From positions 1-56,485 of the IMG/VR virus record IMGVR_UViG_3300028025_001707: a DNA stretch of 56,485 bases; one strand, 5' to 3'. The position numbers and the translations under genes were made by a program. The DNA is from a virus. Taxonomy: Duplodnaviria > Caudoviricetes. The number at the start of each line of letters is the position of its first letter. Position 1 is the first letter of the stretch. The notes beneath the pieces were generated by a model that saw nothing but the letters and a program-made list of their open reading frames with translations, searched no databases and had not been told where the DNA came from. This document shows, piece after piece, positions 28,201 to 36,129 of this stretch.

Positions 28201-29245
28201 AGTTACCGTACATAATACGGTTACCAACATAGTCCTGTGCTTTTGCAAGTAATGGTACATTATCAAAAAGCCTTGTCACTTGACCTTCAGGAAGAAGTGT
28301 GTAAGTCTTATTATTATTAAATGTAAAACTATAAAATACATCATTAGATAAAGCAATTTCTTGTTTATCTATTGTCTCAACAATTAAGCAGTTTATACTT
28401 CTTGCGTCACGCATTATGACCTGAACTTCTTTAACAAATTGACTACCAGTAAAAACTGTAATACCAACTTCGTTAAATCTATTCACCATAGATTTATTGT
28501 TACCAGCTCTAAAATCTAGCTGATAGTCTTTAGGTTTGAACGCAACTGCTGAGAAAGGTGACAACGCACTGTACTGATCGTCAACGTACTTGTACCTATA
28601 AGAGAAGTATAAGAACTTCTCCTCCATGTTGTTGGACTGAGTACTTGTATTATTAACTAACGATATCTTCGGTGCGTTTAACGGTGGAGCTAGAATAACA
28701 TTAATGTCTTCATCAATACGTGGATCATCTATAGAATAACCAGAAGTACCAAGTGAGTTACTCTTTACACGAGCAATATTAATACGTCTAGGTGGGTTAA
28801 GATTATCTGTCCAGTAAAGGAATCCATCGATAAAGTTAACACCTGTTATAAGGAATTCCTTATTAAAGTTAAGCTTACTTTTAGTTGATGGAGTAAGCTT
28901 GTTAGACTGCAATACACGTACAGTTGTACCTATTGTCGTGTCGTACTCATATATCCCATCAAACTTATCTGAAGTAACGAACCAGTAAATAAATCCATCT
29001 CTCTCGTTAGCTACAGCACCAATCGTCTTAGCGTCAGCAGCTAATGGATAAGGAAATCCAGCAACATTCCAAACATTAGAAACTAAAAGGTTACCCTTCT
29101 TGTTCTTTACAGCACCGATATTACCACCGTCAGCAGTGTCTATATCAACGTTAAGTGCATCACGGTACACACCATCAGGTACAAGCCTCTCATCGAGGTC
29201 TTTGTTCATTATACCTGCTAGAAAACTATTCTTTAATTCTGGCAT
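25226..29245 (-). CDS. Tail nozzle/stabilisation protein (P22 gp10/T7 gp12-like position), N-terminal and major part
   Basis: MNKDLDERLVPDGVYRDALN, LYWTDNLNPPRRIN, FSYRYKY, FGSIQKL, YGISLNPESFA; C-terminal BACON-like segment. Confidence 0.75.
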   Translation of the reverse strand: MPELKNSFLAGIMNKDLDERLVPDGVYRDALNVDIDTADGGNIGAVKNKKGNLLVSNVWNVAGFPYPLAADAKTIGAVANERDGFIYWFVTSDKFDGIYEYDTTIGTTVRVLQSNKLTPSTKSKLNFNKEFLITGVNFIDGFLYWTDNLNPPRRINIARVKSNSLGTSGYSIDDPRIDEDINVILAPPLNAPKISLVNNTSTQSNNMEEKFLYFSYRYKYVDDQYSALSPFSAVAFKPKDYQLDFRAGNNKSMVNRFNEVGITVFTGSQFVKEVQVIMRDARSINCLIVETIDKQEIALSNDVFYSFTFNNNKTYTLLPEGQVTRLFDNVPLLAKAQDYVGNRIMYGNYTQFYDIDFPVKLDVKYVSIDGLGNVPTQTFRSDRDYELGLIYLDKYGRSTTALTSQGNTTYIPPTQSDKGNSLKLRISNNPPSWATNYRVIIKQSRDQYYNIFPIDARVGGSYRYFMINESDREKVSTGDYLIFKSTPAGPTFFNKKYKILEIKDKASGFVTGAFPGLYIKIKVDSPNELDLQTGITTAYFASTGTDNAAANVLGSPLNSGIIPNPVGKMYEYIENPIHYGNGSPGAISVTNNNTPPVSNVLDKDYRITVEALGNNQFRYTTDINASGGTVLSITFGNQILYNGGIPLCQIKWNYIPTVGDVWKINARSRNGLFVENYFGGKGILNTSALVPTSTPYNILWNNNVGGYLVLGETNSSLQKINEGDIVTIQIINDTYNDQAYTTEQIFPPSPATYENIEEWFIESGEWQNFQAVDRNGVEQDAKAISFRRGYNWGLQSSGTNAPSFSRIDQSTQNVPNVIFPDMATQLSNPMFMVIMGYGHNDTSPPEFNILTGDLTIRRISNQIIAETTPKDVDIDVFHELSRTFKIENGKHRVRWKYKDSTYFNIPGPNLGKTNLGQVNPSATPTSTDEMHNYVAGETVYIDGGWFSGMYEILFVPNPYNIVIDLGFVAGPLSPGSVAYDLIEQDQTSTNSGAVIKINNPNSTVNSDFNAWSYGNALETFRIRDDYAAATLQYSPRVTTIIDEYQQKVSRNAISYSGVYGENTDFNALNEFNLSRANFKYLDSEFGSIQKLHARDTDLLVFQENKVSSVLYGKNLLSDSVGGGSVVSVPEVLGTQIAFPGEYGISLNPESFAVWGTDIYFTDVRRGVVMGLYGNQMDEISNTGMQDYFIELMRDYPNTQKLGCYDPHNQAYVLANNDTTILNCNVRLNRYSKNVPSNTSNLANSLFTIIGDVSWTISVVSLGSGTNWVSNYQTFGFGTTPITSIISVNNTGSNRSVKFVVTYCGAKTLEFILTQGVGKVGNVISVVINNPIKPVPGKFK

Positions 29246-29247
29246 TT

Positions 29248-30150
29248 TTACTTAAGTTGTTGTGCTCTACCTCTCATTGTCATAATGAGTCTAGATGGGT
29301 GAAGGTTGCTGAGGCGAAGTTTAGCGTTCCTAAACTCAGCCTGCTTCTCATCACGAGCCATCTTACGCTCATACATAGGGATGCCATACTTAGCGTTAAG
29401 TAGACACCACTTTATATATCTGTAAACGAATTCCTCTGCAAACTTATGTACGTTAACTTCTGCGTCGTTACCGTTCGCCATACCATCAGATATGTACTCA
29501 AGAACAATACGATGTCCTGAGACACCTGAAGAGAAGTCGATAACTCCGTTATTCACTCTAAAAGATGGGCCTGCATGTAATCTAGATGGATCAACTAGCC
29601 ACTTAGCGCCTACCTCGTAACCGAAGTACCATGATCCATCAACACACCAACCATAGCATCCGTTGTACATGCCTGGACCATCGTACAACTTAGCTTCAAG
29701 TCTATCAATATCAAGCTGTGAGTCACCTATAAGTATCTCTCCGTTCTGATCGAAAAGGATATTATAGTTGTTGTCCTGAAGGTAACCCTTCGCAGTGTTT
29801 ACCTGCTTGTTCTCATACAGCGGACGTAGTACGCCATTAACAAGTATAGATATACGAACGTAGTTAACGTAGTCTGAAGGAAGGATAAACTTAAGGTTGT
29901 CACCTACCTCCATCTCAATACTCTTAATAGACCTAAGAGCATCGAAGTTCAGCTGTTTAATTGCTTGCTTCGCATGAAACAATACCTCGTAACGTTTCAC
30001 GTTACTAATCAGCTTATCATTTCCGACATACATCAACATGAAGTTGTTGACTATATCAGCAAGTGTAGTGTACTGGTAAGAACCCCAGTTCTGATCCTCT
30101 GGGATGTTACCGTTATTTGTGTAGTACTGATATGGTGTTATGTATGCCAT
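29248..30150 (-). CDS. Tail adaptor/ring structural protein
   Basis: LPSDYVNYVRIS...LEYISDG; sits between the gatekeeper-like gene and the nozzle. Confidence 0.6.
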   Translation of the reverse strand: MAYITPYQYYTNNGNIPEDQNWGSYQYTTLADIVNNFMLMYVGNDKLISNVKRYEVLFHAKQAIKQLNFDALRSIKSIEMEVGDNLKFILPSDYVNYVRISILVNGVLRPLYENKQVNTAKGYLQDNNYNILFDQNGEILIGDSQLDIDRLEAKLYDGPGMYNGCYGWCVDGSWYFGYEVGAKWLVDPSRLHAGPSFRVNNGVIDFSSGVSGHRIVLEYISDGMANGNDAEVNVHKFAEEFVYRYIKWCLLNAKYGIPMYERKMARDEKQAEFRNAKLRLSNLHPSRLIMTMRGRAQQLK

Positions 30151-30153
30151 CTA

Positions 30154-30876
30154 TTAAATCTTTTGTGCGTTTTGTCCTTCCTCTGCTTTCGCTGCGCTTG
30201 TTATCTCAGTCTCACGGATAGATAGACCTGCGTACTGAAGTATCTTGATAACTAAGTCTGTCTCATAGCTAAGAGGCAACTCAAAGTCTTGGTAGTCAAG
30301 CTGAGTCGGATCAAATATTGGTGTACCAGAAATGATAGTGTTATAAGTCCACTTAGGGTCTCTTGGATACCTAACATACTGAGCTGTAACAAGACCTGTC
30401 TGAGCGATGCTGTCTGGATACACAGTGATAGTTGAGTTTAGAGTAGAAGTCAAAGTTCCTTCTTGTGTATATGCTGGATAAGAAACAGTAGGTGTTGTAA
30501 GATTAGAGCTTAGTAGGTTATATATCTTATTGTATGGAACCTTTTCAATCTCTACCGTACCATTGTAAATAACAGTGTTCAGTACATAAGCATCGTCAGG
30601 AACGCTATACTTCCCAGTAATACCATTATAAGTTAATATGTCATAATCAGAAAACGTATCAATAGCCTCCTCTATCTGTTTAGGAATATCAGTATATCCA
30701 CTGTTATGCATGTGAGCGTTCTGCTTGTTAACAGAGTTGCTGTACGTGTAGAACATACCCTCGAAGATCTCAAGCTGCGCCTGCTTCGCAAACAAGTTAA
30801 ACTCAAATGGGGTTATATATCCACGGTTATCCTTACTGATGATAGATAACACTGTGCTTCTTACGCTGTCAATCAT
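30154..30876 (-). CDS. Tail tubular/gatekeeper (head-tail adaptor) protein
   Basis: GYITPFEFNLFAKQAQLEIF...YVRYPRDPKW...DFELP; position downstream of the capsid genes. Confidence 0.65.
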   Translation of the reverse strand: MIDSVRSTVLSIISKDNRGYITPFEFNLFAKQAQLEIFEGMFYTYSNSVNKQNAHMHNSGYTDIPKQIEEAIDTFSDYDILTYNGITGKYSVPDDAYVLNTVIYNGTVEIEKVPYNKIYNLLSSNLTTPTVSYPAYTQEGTLTSTLNSTITVYPDSIAQTGLVTAQYVRYPRDPKWTYNTIISGTPIFDPTQLDYQDFELPLSYETDLVIKILQYAGLSIRETEITSAAKAEEGQNAQKI

Positions 30877-30880
30877 AGTG

Positions 30881-30888
30881 CAAATATA
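30881..30888 (-). promoter_or_regulatory. -7 element TATATTTG, 4 nt before ATG 30876
   Basis: Directly follows a terminator U-tract. Confidence 0.7.
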
Positions 30889-30890
30889 AT

Positions 30891-30916
30891 AAAAAAGGCA
30901 CTAATAAATAGTGCCT
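30891..30916 (-). terminator. Intrinsic terminator
   Basis: AGGCACTA-TTTAT-TAGTGCCT followed by a T run on the - strand. Confidence 0.8.
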
Positions 30917-30941
30917 AGTTTTGTAGAGTGGTTAGCTAATG

Positions 30942-31226
30942 TTATGCAACATCAATATCACTAACAGCTTGTGGAACAGTAGCAGCAAAAACTACATTGT
31001 ACCAAGCTTGTTGGTTAGCAGCTACAATTGCATTCTGAATAGCAGTACGCATGCTAAATGCAACCTGTGCAGCATGAGTCAATGTAACAACTTTACCTCC
31101 AGCGTAAGTAATAAGTGTAGTAGTAGCTGTTGCTGAATCAGATCCTGCTTCAACTATAACTACATTAGAAGCTGATACTAACTGATTAGCTTGCCCAGTA
31201 ACTGGGATAGATAAAAACTTTTCCAT
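30942..31226 (-). CDS. Small, probably structural protein (start MEKFLSIP)
   Basis: Own promoter (TATCTTTG 31257-31264) and terminator; Ala/Val/Thr-rich. Confidence 0.7.
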   Translation of the reverse strand: MEKFLSIPVTGQANQLVSASNVVIVEAGSDSATATTTLITYAGGKVVTLTHAAQVAFSMRTAIQNAIVAANQQAWYNVVFAATVPQAVSDIDVA

Positions 31227-31267
31227 TTTGTAAAAAATTAATGGGTTAATAAAGTACAAAGATAAGT

Positions 31268-31334
31268 AAAAAAAGGCAGACGATTTTCGACTACCTTTTT
31301 CTATTACCTAAACAACTATGTGAATACTTTATGC
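31268..31334 (-). ncRNA. Candidate ~65-nt small RNA (promoter, non-coding body, terminator)
   Basis: TATATTTG at 31339-31346, no ATG in the body, hairpin AGGTAG..CTGCCT plus T run, and the next promoter immediately after. Confidence 0.55.
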
Positions 31335-31346
31335 TGTGCAAATATA

Positions 31347-32111
31347 TTAATTTTCAGAGAACTCTTTCTCTAAATACTTATAAAATTCAACACCTTCATT
31401 AGATTTTAACCAAGTCATAAACACATCTTCTTTTCGTTCACCAAATGGAACTGTAAGAATCTTCTTTTTGTTGTTACTTAAGTTATAGTGGATATCCTTA
31501 CCAGCTCTGAACGTGATGTACCCTTCCTTAAATGCTCGTGACGAGAAGTCATTTACACTAATGTCTGGATCATCAACAGCATCCAAGAACTCTTCTGGAT
31601 AGTTTTTAGCAAATAATAAAATGTCGTGCTTAATCTCAGATGATGCCATCTTATCTGGATCCATACCTAAATGCACACGAGAAATTGCCTTCATTACCTC
31701 TAGATCTAAACCTCTTGCAGTGATTAATGCATCAACTTCTAAGTTTAAATCTCTAACTCTATCTTCAGCAATTTTCTGTGGATCAAATTCATAGAATAAC
31801 GTACCGCCATTAGCTAAATTATCAGGATGTATATCCATAAATTTCTGAAGTAATGGATTATTTTTAGGTATAGTAATTTTACCATCTTCCATTACAATTG
31901 GCTCAAGTATGGCAGTTCCATCCTGCTCATCCTCAAATATTGATCGTTGATTTCTTGAATAACGAAGTGCTCGGTTAATTCCTTTCTCCTCGTCAAAGTG
32001 AAGCAACTGTCGTCGCTTATTGCTTCTTGATTGAACAAAGAAGCTTACTGGTGTCTTTGCTTGTTTAAGGATATAAACCCTATCCTTAGAGGTTCTCTCT
32101 TGTGTTTTCAT
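31347..32111 (-). CDS. Conserved phage protein downstream of the major capsid gene
   Basis: 254-aa ORF with an A/T-rich start region; function unknown. Confidence 0.7.
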   Translation of the reverse strand: MKTQERTSKDRVYILKQAKTPVSFFVQSRSNKRRQLLHFDEEKGINRALRYSRNQRSIFEDEQDGTAILEPIVMEDGKITIPKNNPLLQKFMDIHPDNLANGGTLFYEFDPQKIAEDRVRDLNLEVDALITARGLDLEVMKAISRVHLGMDPDKMASSEIKHDILLFAKNYPEEFLDAVDDPDISVNDFSSRAFKEGYITFRAGKDIHYNLSNNKKKILTVPFGERKEDVFMTWLKSNEGVEFYKYLEKEFSEN

Positions 32112-32134
32112 TGTACTTAATTTAAATTTAAAAT

Positions 32135-32167
32135 AAAAAAAGAGAGGGAGTATCTCATCCCTCTCTT
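32135..32167 (-). terminator. Intrinsic terminator after the major capsid gene
   Basis: AAGAGAGGGA-loop-TCCCTCTCTT followed by a T run. Confidence 0.85.
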
Positions 32168-32174
32168 AAGTGTA

Positions 32175-33581
32175 TTAGTCTTTGAACAATACGAAGTTGT
32201 TTGCTCCAAGTGTACAAAGTGCACGCTCAGACAAGAAGTTAACTTGCATTGCATCCAAGTCGCTAGTAGCAGCACCACCAGCAGAACCTGTAACCCAAGT
32301 TTTCATCTTACGGTTTTCAGCTTCGTTTGCACGGTAACGAACGTGTAAGAATGGTCGCTTCGCGTTTTTACCCATTACTTGGTCATATACTGACATAGTA
32401 CCAGCAGGGATAAGAACACCGTTTACAGCACCACCAACGATACCTCCACGAAGAGCAGCATCATTTAAGTACTTCCAGTCAGACTTATAGAAGTCATAAC
32501 CACGACGGAAAGAAGTGAACCCTAAGTTAAGAGCCATATCTTTATCGTTGTCAAATAGACCGTAAGAAGTACCACCAACTCCGTAAGAGTTTTGTGCAGC
32601 TAACATATCATCGATATCGAAAGAGAACTCACGGTTAACGAACAATACGTTCTCAGCGATAGCACCTTGCTTGTCAAGACGAGCAACGATATCATCGAAC
32701 TCACCTAATGTACCTGGATTACCTCCTGACCATACATTACCACGATCTTCGATAGCATCGAATAAACCTTGAGTACCAGAGTTAAGTCCTAATCCGTTTG
32801 ATTGAAGAGCAACACCAGAGTTTGTTTCAGTTGGTACGTGCTCGATCATCATCATTTCAAGGTAGTCCTCAAAACGTAGACGAGTCTCGTGCTCTGCTTT
32901 AACATACCAAAGGTATCCTGTAGCTCCATTCTCAGTAGTTACTTCAACCCATCCAATTTGAGCCATATCTGATCCAGATACTTCAAACTTATCTTTGATA
33001 ATAACAGGCTTAACTTCGAAGATGTCATCTACTGGATCTAATGATCCTTCCATTCCTGTAGACCCTTTTCTAAATTCAGAACCGTATACAAATGCAGTAA
33101 TATCATCAGCTGAGTTATCAGTAATTGTACCACCATTAGTTGCGTAATAAGCAACAGTAAATGTTAAACCAGACACAGCTGTAATATAAGCCTTATCAGA
33201 TTGGTTTGCAACATTAGATGATAAAAATACAGTTTGACCAACTCGGAAGTTACAAGCTGTAATACCTGCATCAGCAACAGTTAATGTAGCAGTATCGTTA
33301 TTAGCACCATAAGCAATTGAACATGCAACATACTTAGTATGCAAACGTCCTTGTTCTGCCCACTTGATTAAGTCAGATGCAGAAGGAATCTCTGCACTTA
33401 CGTTACGCAAGAAAGAAGCGATTGAACGGTTACCGTAACGCTCGAATTCAGCTTCGTAAGTGTCAGGTAAGTACTGATTTAAGAAGTTGAATTGGTTACT
33501 TCCTAAATAGTTAGTAGGTAGGGTAGTTTTAACCGAACTCGGTTGTAAGTCATACCCTGGGGTGTTTAATGAACCAGCCAT
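32175..33581 (-). CDS. Major capsid protein
   Basis: 468 aa with strongly biased codons; follows the scaffold gene and precedes a terminator; IKWAEQGRLH and FLSERALCTLGANNF. Confidence 0.85.
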   Translation of the reverse strand: MAGSLNTPGYDLQPSSVKTTLPTNYLGSNQFNFLNQYLPDTYEAEFERYGNRSIASFLRNVSAEIPSASDLIKWAEQGRLHTKYVACSIAYGANNDTATLTVADAGITACNFRVGQTVFLSSNVANQSDKAYITAVSGLTFTVAYYATNGGTITDNSADDITAFVYGSEFRKGSTGMEGSLDPVDDIFEVKPVIIKDKFEVSGSDMAQIGWVEVTTENGATGYLWYVKAEHETRLRFEDYLEMMMIEHVPTETNSGVALQSNGLGLNSGTQGLFDAIEDRGNVWSGGNPGTLGEFDDIVARLDKQGAIAENVLFVNREFSFDIDDMLAAQNSYGVGGTSYGLFDNDKDMALNLGFTSFRRGYDFYKSDWKYLNDAALRGGIVGGAVNGVLIPAGTMSVYDQVMGKNAKRPFLHVRYRANEAENRKMKTWVTGSAGGAATSDLDAMQVNFLSERALCTLGANNFVLFKD

Positions 33582-33593
33582 TTTGTTTTAGTT

Positions 33594-34679
33594 TTAACGT
33601 TTTTTAATCTTTAATCTACCATCGTAGCCCTCCTCAATTACTCTGATCTGTAGACCCTCCTTCGGTGTGACAGGAGCAGACTTTCGAACCATGTTAATGT
33701 TCTTAGACTCCTTCTCAAACTCCGTTACAGCATCAGATTTTCCTTTTTCATAGAAAAACTTAGCCGTCTTGTCAGGGTCCATAGCCATTGCAATTGCTTT
33801 ATGGAATCCTTCAGCGTCTTTGATATATCCACTGTCATCTAAAAACTTACTAATGAAGTTATTTAGGTTTGACTGTCTGGACTTAATCTCCTCAGCTTCT
33901 CCTGGCTTGTAGACAACCTTTGTGTTCTCATCTAAATTAAATCCGAAACCTTCGAACTTTGAGAACAACTCCTCTGTCTTTTGCTGGAAGAATTGAGACT
34001 TCTTCTGATTCTCCTCCATTAAAGCAGACTCGGACTGCTTATATGCTTTGTAAGACTCGTAAGCATCTTTATCCTCTTGCGGAACAAAGCTTTCTCTTGA
34101 CTCAAGAGGAACCTTGTACTGTTCCTTAAGACTGTTAAAGTACTCCTTCGCCTTCTTCAGCTCTTGTTTTTTCTGTAGCTTCTTCTGTTTAATTTCTTTG
34201 TCGTCATCAAGATCCTCGTCGTACTCGTACATACTCATCTTGTAATCGATGTCTTCATCGTCATCACCGTTCTCACGGTAGAAGTCAGCTAACAGTCGGT
34301 CAGGGTTTTCGGAATCTAAATCTCTGTTGATCTTTAGAAAGTCCTCTAGTCCTCGACCTGTTTCTTTTTTATATTTACGGAAGGCAGCAACGTCCTCTTC
34401 TAACTCTTCTTGAACAACTCGCTCTTGAAATAAATCATCGATAGAGTTAACTTCCTTTCCGTATTTTGTTCTGATGTGGTTTACAACCACTTCGTCGTCA
34501 ATATTATATGCAGCTGTGTTCTCTTCTTGGCTAAGATCTATCTGTGGATTTTCATCTACTGATGTCTCGCTAGTCTGTTCAGCTACCTCTTTTTCATGCT
34601 GCTCTACTAACTGAGTTTCTAACTCAACTAGTGACTTTTCTTCAAAGTCAACAGCTCGTACTTTAAATTCCCCTTCCAT
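33594..34679 (-). CDS. Capsid scaffolding protein
   Basis: Acidic coiled-coil protein directly upstream of the capsid gene; promoter TAATTTTG at 34702-34709. Confidence 0.7.
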   Translation of the reverse strand: MEGEFKVRAVDFEEKSLVELETQLVEQHEKEVAEQTSETSVDENPQIDLSQEENTAAYNIDDEVVVNHIRTKYGKEVNSIDDLFQERVVQEELEEDVAAFRKYKKETGRGLEDFLKINRDLDSENPDRLLADFYRENGDDDEDIDYKMSMYEYDEDLDDDKEIKQKKLQKKQELKKAKEYFNSLKEQYKVPLESRESFVPQEDKDAYESYKAYKQSESALMEENQKKSQFFQQKTEELFSKFEGFGFNLDENTKVVYKPGEAEEIKSRQSNLNNFISKFLDDSGYIKDAEGFHKAIAMAMDPDKTAKFFYEKGKSDAVTEFEKESKNINMVRKSAPVTPKEGLQIRVIEEGYDGRLKIKKR

Positions 34680-34718
34680 TATATTAGATTTTAATTGATT
34701 ACAAAATTAGTTAATTTT

Positions 34719-34835
34719 TTAATATAGACTTTTAAGCCTTTTAATGATGCTTGGCATCTTAGGCTTTGGTGCTTTTGGAACCCTAACTTTAGGAACCTTT
34801 GGCGACTTCGGTTTTGGTACTTTTATACTTTTCAT
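34719..34835 (-). CDS. 38-aa Lys/Pro-rich peptide (MKSIKVPKPKSPKVPKVRVPKAPKPKMPS...)
   Basis: Translated by hand; ATGA overlap with the upstream gene. Confidence 0.55.
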   Translation of the reverse strand: MKSIKVPKPKSPKVPKVRVPKAPKPKMPSIIKRLKSLY

Positions 34836-35134
34836 GATCCTTTAATCCATTTCTTACTTGGTGATGCAGTCTTGCTTGGACTCCACTTAATTTTATTTGA
34901 CCAGTACGCCGCTGACATCTTACCTTTTGATATATTCTTAGCGTGTCTGCTTTTAAAAGCCTCTCGCTGACCAGCTGTTTGATTAGTCTTAACATTTTGT
35001 TGGCCGAAACGTATCGTCTTAACTTGATCCCCTTCTTTAGCCACAACAATGTGCGACTTAGTCGGATGACTAGGAGTTCTTTTTGGCTTGTTGAATCCTT
35101 CAACTCCAGCTCGTGCTAATCTTGAGTCTTTCAT
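34832..35134 (-). CDS. Small basic conserved phage protein
   Basis: NKPKRTPSHPTKSHIVVAKEGDQVKTIRFGQQ...FKSRH...SAAYW. Confidence 0.75.
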   Translation of the reverse strand: MKDSRLARAGVEGFNKPKRTPSHPTKSHIVVAKEGDQVKTIRFGQQNVKTNQTAGQREAFKSRHAKNISKGKMSAAYWSNKIKWSPSKTASPSKKWIKGS

Positions 35135-35277
35135 TTCTTCTTAGCTGTTTGTGCTGACTTCTTAAATGCACTATCTTTAGGAGCACCTTTAGCACCTGGC
35201 TTGCGCATAGTCTCCCCTGAACCCTGCTCAATACGCTTTCTTTTAGCGTGAATGTTTGCATACAATCCTTTTGCCAT
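35131..35277 (-). CDS. 48-aa basic peptide (MAKGLYANIHAKRKRIEQGSGETMRKPGAKGAP...)
   Basis: Translated by hand; ATGA overlap with the next gene; GLYANIHAKRKR is a phage peptide type I recognise. Confidence 0.75.
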   Translation of the reverse strand: MAKGLYANIHAKRKRIEQGSGETMRKPGAKGAPKDSAFKKSAQTAKKK

Positions 35278-35280
35278 AAC

Positions 35281-35913
35281 TTATTTATTATCGTAAAACA
35301 TTAAGTAAGAGTCCTCTGTACTCCACTTCTCAAATCCTTCACAATTGAAGTATGTATCATTCACCAAGTAGTCTGGCTTCTCAGGGAATGGCTTAGTAAC
35401 AAACGACGGCTCAGACCATTTAACTCTGTTATTAGGCTGTAGTGCTATCTGACCGTTGTCAAGTAATATAATATGGTGTGACTTATGCTCTAGTGGATCT
35501 TCCGCTAAAGTAATGTCTGTATTTATGTCGTTAGACCCCCAGTTAATTGTAGCGTAGTAACTACCCTTATACCAGTTCCTGTCTTTCATGTACACCTCAA
35601 CAGGAGTGTCGTACACATAAGAAAGCTGAGTGATTGTGAATCTATAAGAGAAACAGTTCCATATCTGTAGCACATGGAAAGGCAAATCTGGAGTTGGAAG
35701 TTCTGGTGCAGTTAATAAAGCATGGCTAGGTAACTTATCACGCATAACACCGTTATCTAAAAGTACCTGAAACAATGCTGCTTGTCCAGGCATACACCTA
35801 ACAGATATTACAACACCTTCAGTAAACTCCCCAAATCCTTTCTTAAACTGATACATGTACTCGTTCCTTACGAATACTTTTAAAGGGAAGAAGTTATGCT
35901 CTATATAAGCCAT
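35281..35913 (-). CDS. Conserved hypothetical phage protein
   Basis: 210 aa; LQIWNCFS, EHKSHHIILLDNGQIALQPNNR. Confidence 0.75.
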   Translation of the reverse strand: MAYIEHNFFPLKVFVRNEYMYQFKKGFGEFTEGVVISVRCMPGQAALFQVLLDNGVMRDKLPSHALLTAPELPTPDLPFHVLQIWNCFSYRFTITQLSYVYDTPVEVYMKDRNWYKGSYYATINWGSNDINTDITLAEDPLEHKSHHIILLDNGQIALQPNNRVKWSEPSFVTKPFPEKPDYLVNDTYFNCEGFEKWSTEDSYLMFYDNK

Positions 35914-36128
35914 TACAATTTTTTACGCTTGTCCTTTACTCTTTTTGTAATAGGAATAGATACTGATAAATTAATATCTGTCTCTGGACTATATCCAGTT
36001 CCTGCGCTTTGACTAACATCTAAAGTTACAGGACCTTTACTTACTGATACTCCATAGTTAACATCAAATCCAGACTTTCCAGCTGTTCCTGATATATATG
36101 GATTTAATTTAGGTTTATTCTTTCTCAT
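35913..36128 (-). CDS. 71-aa hypothetical protein (start MRKNKPKLNPY)
   Basis: ATG 1 nt after the portal stop and a TAATG overlap downstream; alternating beta-strand pattern. Confidence 0.55.
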   Translation of the reverse strand: MRKNKPKLNPYISGTAGKSGFDVNYGVSVSKGPVTLDVSQSAGTGYSPETDINLSVSIPITKRVKDKRKKL

Positions 36129-36129
36129 A

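Noticed and set aside
31318-31323. ATG-TGA start-stop minigene on the + strand
   Set aside because: No + strand promoter is evident; it is better explained as the complement of the candidate sRNA seed.
34789-35103. 104-aa alternative-frame ORF over the basic-protein cluster
   Set aside because: It overlaps the better-supported 100-aa gene on the same strand and has no ATG start or recognisable motif.
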